64,000 bases of DNA from Anaerolineae bacterium. Its GTDB lineage: Bacteria > Chloroflexota > Anaerolineae > B4-G1 > DUEL01. The stretch covers positions 34,341 to 98,340 of the forward strand of contig JANXCY010000004.1 of the NCBI GenBank assembly GCA_025060135.1, in the 5' to 3' direction. The position numbers and the translations under genes are program-made. Under the pieces are notes generated by a model that did no database searches, was not told the DNA's origin, and saw only the letters and a program-made list of their open reading frames with translations. The stretch's first letter is position 1. The number at the start of each line of letters is the position of its first letter. Positions 61,951 through 64,000 of the stretch are shown here, piece by piece.

Positions 61951-62898
61951 ATGAAGAGGCTGACCATTCGCCCGGCGACGCCCGAGGACGCGGCGGCTAT
62001 TACTGCTATCCACTGCAGCCACATCTCGGTCTGGCGGCGGGGTGGGAAGGGCGACATCGTCCCTTATGAGGCACTCTCCCCCTACGAGCAGTGGCTCCAT
62101 GGTGGCCCGTGGATGAATGCGGAGACCTGTGCAGCCCATCTCCGGCGCTGGCAGGAAACAGGCCATCTGACCCTGGTCGCTCTGTTGGGGGAAGAGGTGG
62201 TCGGCGAGGCAGAGTTCGTGGAGGATGAAGAGCCTCTCCCCTACGGACATGTTCTCCATCTCTCTCTCCTCATTGTCCACAGAGCCTATCTCGGGCAGGG
62301 GGTGGGACGGGCATTGGTGGATGCGGGAGTTACCCTGGCGCGGGAGCGCGGGTGTATTGCGCTCACGACTCAGCCGGAGCAGGCAGCAGAGCCTTTCTAC
62401 CACCGGGTGGGGTTTGAACCCTGGCTATGGCTGCGGGAGTGGCAGGCTCCGGCGCGGGAGGTCTTCCTCCCTGCCGACCTCCGTCGGGCTGATGATGCTC
62501 CCTATCCCGCTGGGCAGGGATTGGTATTGCGAGTGGGCCGTTACCAGGCCAGCCGCCATATGTGGTATGAGATGGCCAACCGACCCCTGCCGGAACTGGC
62601 TCGCCTCCCCTGGGGACGCTGGCAGGCCCCCATGCCCGGTGGGGAGAAACTCTGGCTGGGCCTGCGGGCCCAGCCCCTGGCTCCCACTCAGGCCGATGGC
62701 TTTATCTGGATGCCTCCCGGGGCCGACCTGCGCCCGGCAGTGGAAGCCCTCCAGTCCCTGGCAGCCCGTCTGGGCTTTGCCTTTGTGGACCTGCTTATGG
62801 AGGAGCCAGAGGGTCGGGCTCTGGCCTCCGCTCTGGACCTGGAATTTCAAACCGACCTGACCTTCTGGCGAATGGAGATCGGAGAACAATCCCCCTGA
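61951..62898 (+). CDS. GNAT-family N-acetyltransferase with an additional C-terminal domain.
   Basis: MKRLTIRPATPEDAAAITAIH...VHRAYLGQGVGRALV is the acetyl-CoA Q/R-x-x-G-x-G/A motif. Confidence 0.75.
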   Translation: MKRLTIRPATPEDAAAITAIHCSHISVWRRGGKGDIVPYEALSPYEQWLHGGPWMNAETCAAHLRRWQETGHLTLVALLGEEVVGEAEFVEDEEPLPYGHVLHLSLLIVHRAYLGQGVGRALVDAGVTLARERGCIALTTQPEQAAEPFYHRVGFEPWLWLREWQAPAREVFLPADLRRADDAPYPAGQGLVLRVGRYQASRHMWYEMANRPLPELARLPWGRWQAPMPGGEKLWLGLRAQPLAPTQADGFIWMPPGADLRPAVEALQSLAARLGFAFVDLLMEEPEGRALASALDLEFQTDLTFWRMEIGEQSP

Positions 62899-62956
62899 CC
62901 AAACCTGACCAAAGCCACCGGGCATCAGCCCTGCTCCGATCGGGCGGGGAAAGTCG

Positions 62957-62984
62957 TTGACATCCCCTAACAACTGGTTATAAT
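62957..62984 (+). promoter_or_regulatory. Promoter of the 63044 membrane-protein gene.
   Basis: TTGACA - 16 nt - TATAAT. Confidence 0.5.
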
Positions 62985-62996
62985 ACAGAGCAGGCG

Positions 62997-63019
62997 CCAG
63001 GCATTTCCGGGATGCCTGG
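62997..63019 (+). other. Leader hairpin.
   Basis: CCAGGCAT-ttccggg-ATGCCTGG is a perfect 8-bp stem between the -10 and the ATG at 63044. Confidence 0.5.
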
Positions 63020-63043
63020 CCGATTTCACTTCCGAGAGCCCCA

Positions 63044-63946
63044 ATGACGGAATGGTATCCCAATCCTCAGACCGGCCTGCGGGTCGGGCTGGCGCTGATC
63101 GCCGCGATAGCGCTGGTAGACGCAGGTCTGGTCATCTGGGCCGCCACGCAACCGGTCAGCGGGCTTACGTTTCTTATCGGGCTGTTCGTTCTGGGCAGCC
63201 TGGCTGCTATTGGAGCCATCGGCTATCGGATCAGTGGGCTGGTCCAATCCGCCTATGTTCTGGACCGCAATGCCTTGGTCATCCTCTGGGGAGAAAGCGA
63301 ACATGTGGTGCCGCTCCCCCATATCCAGCAGGTTCTGCTGGGCGAAGAAGTAAAGGGCCGCCTACGTTTCCAGGGCATCCGCTGGCCCGGGTACTGGGTG
63401 GGGTACGGTGAAATAGAAGGTCTGGGGCCAGCACTCTTTCACTCCACGGCGCCTCTGGAGGAGCAGGTTCTCCTGGTAACACCCGGCCTGACCTACGCGA
63501 TCTCCCCAGAGGACCGAAACGGATTCCTGACCACCCTTCAAACCCGGATGCAGATGGGCCCAACCCAAGTGTTGAAGCAGGTTTCCTATGGACCGGCCTT
63601 TGCTTACTGGGATTTCTGGAAGGATCGCCCTGCCCTGATCCTGCTGGCCGGAGGGCTGGGACTGTTGCTGGTCCTGACCGGCTTTCTCTGCTTTCGCTTC
63701 CCACATCTCCCACCGTTGCTCCCTCTCCACTTTGATGCCCTGGGTATACCTGACCGTCTGGGAGTACGCGGCCAGATCTTTTTTATTCCCCTGATCGGCC
63801 TGATCGTTCTGACAGTCAACGGTGTTTTGGGAGGTCTGCTGTATCAGAAGGAACGGCTGGCGGCTTACTTGCTCTGGGGAAGTGCTCTTATGATTCAGAT
63901 TCTTTTCTGGATTGCCGTTCTGGGTATTCTGGCGGTTGCAGATTGA
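63044..63946 (+). CDS. Integral membrane protein with an N-terminal bPH-like module and a C-terminal DUF1648/SdpI-like segment.
   Basis: Two TM helices are followed by a soluble region and then ...FRFPHLPPLLPLHFDALGIPDRLG...FIPLIGL, as in DUF1648. This assignment is from memory. Confidence 0.65.
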   Translation: MTEWYPNPQTGLRVGLALIAAIALVDAGLVIWAATQPVSGLTFLIGLFVLGSLAAIGAIGYRISGLVQSAYVLDRNALVILWGESEHVVPLPHIQQVLLGEEVKGRLRFQGIRWPGYWVGYGEIEGLGPALFHSTAPLEEQVLLVTPGLTYAISPEDRNGFLTTLQTRMQMGPTQVLKQVSYGPAFAYWDFWKDRPALILLAGGLGLLLVLTGFLCFRFPHLPPLLPLHFDALGIPDRLGVRGQIFFIPLIGLIVLTVNGVLGGLLYQKERLAAYLLWGSALMIQILFWIAVLGILAVAD

Positions 63947-64000
63947 CACGCGCAACCCCTGGAACTGCTGGAGTATCCATTTTCTGCCAGATAGACTATC

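Overview
This is a high-GC bacterial chromosomal segment. Hand-counted 60-nt lines in ordinary genes are about 65-73% G+C. Genes are densely packed and often overlap. The gene content includes many multi-GAF histidine kinases, STK/PP2C/FHA signalling genes, an aldehyde:ferredoxin oxidoreductase, and G5/TolB-like and S8 secreted proteins. That mix suggests a Chloroflexota-like, possibly thermophilic organism, but this is inference only.

I call about 60 protein genes, 2 pseudogene remnants, 3 tRNAs (Ser-TGA, Ser-GCT, Arg-GCG) followed directly by a tmRNA, about a dozen sigma70-like promoters and two strong hairpins. Most of the window is housekeeping: pyrD, prmA, pyrB, nadD, nfi, miaB, rlmN, two pfk paralogues, polyprenyl synthase, adenine deaminase and a peptide ABC importer.

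Loci worth a second look:
1. A low-GC three-gene cassette at 591-2327 (TIGR04255-like, unknown 215-aa protein, HEPN-like protein), next to a decayed MNT/HEPN pair. This is my best candidate for an undescribed toxin/defence-type module.
2. A tightly packed + strand array at 24973-32844. It holds a vWA/PP2C/Ser-Thr-kinase triad (TerY-P-like) elaborated with a J domain and a zinc-ribbon FHA protein. An 80-aa protein, an orphan OmpR regulator and an MglA/CvnD-like GTPase follow.
3. Two deoxynucleoside-kinase paralogues interleaved and translationally coupled with two giant GAF histidine kinases (35459-42924).
4. Two families of dispersed intergenic repeats, one showing compensatory stem changes.
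5. An 8 x 8-bp tandem repeat abutting a glycosyltransferase start, and an AT-rich hexamer array inside the ABC operon.

I saw no CRISPR array, transposase, integrase or rRNA. Many long antisense ORFs in the track are high-GC artefacts. All domain calls are by eye from motifs; no searches were run.
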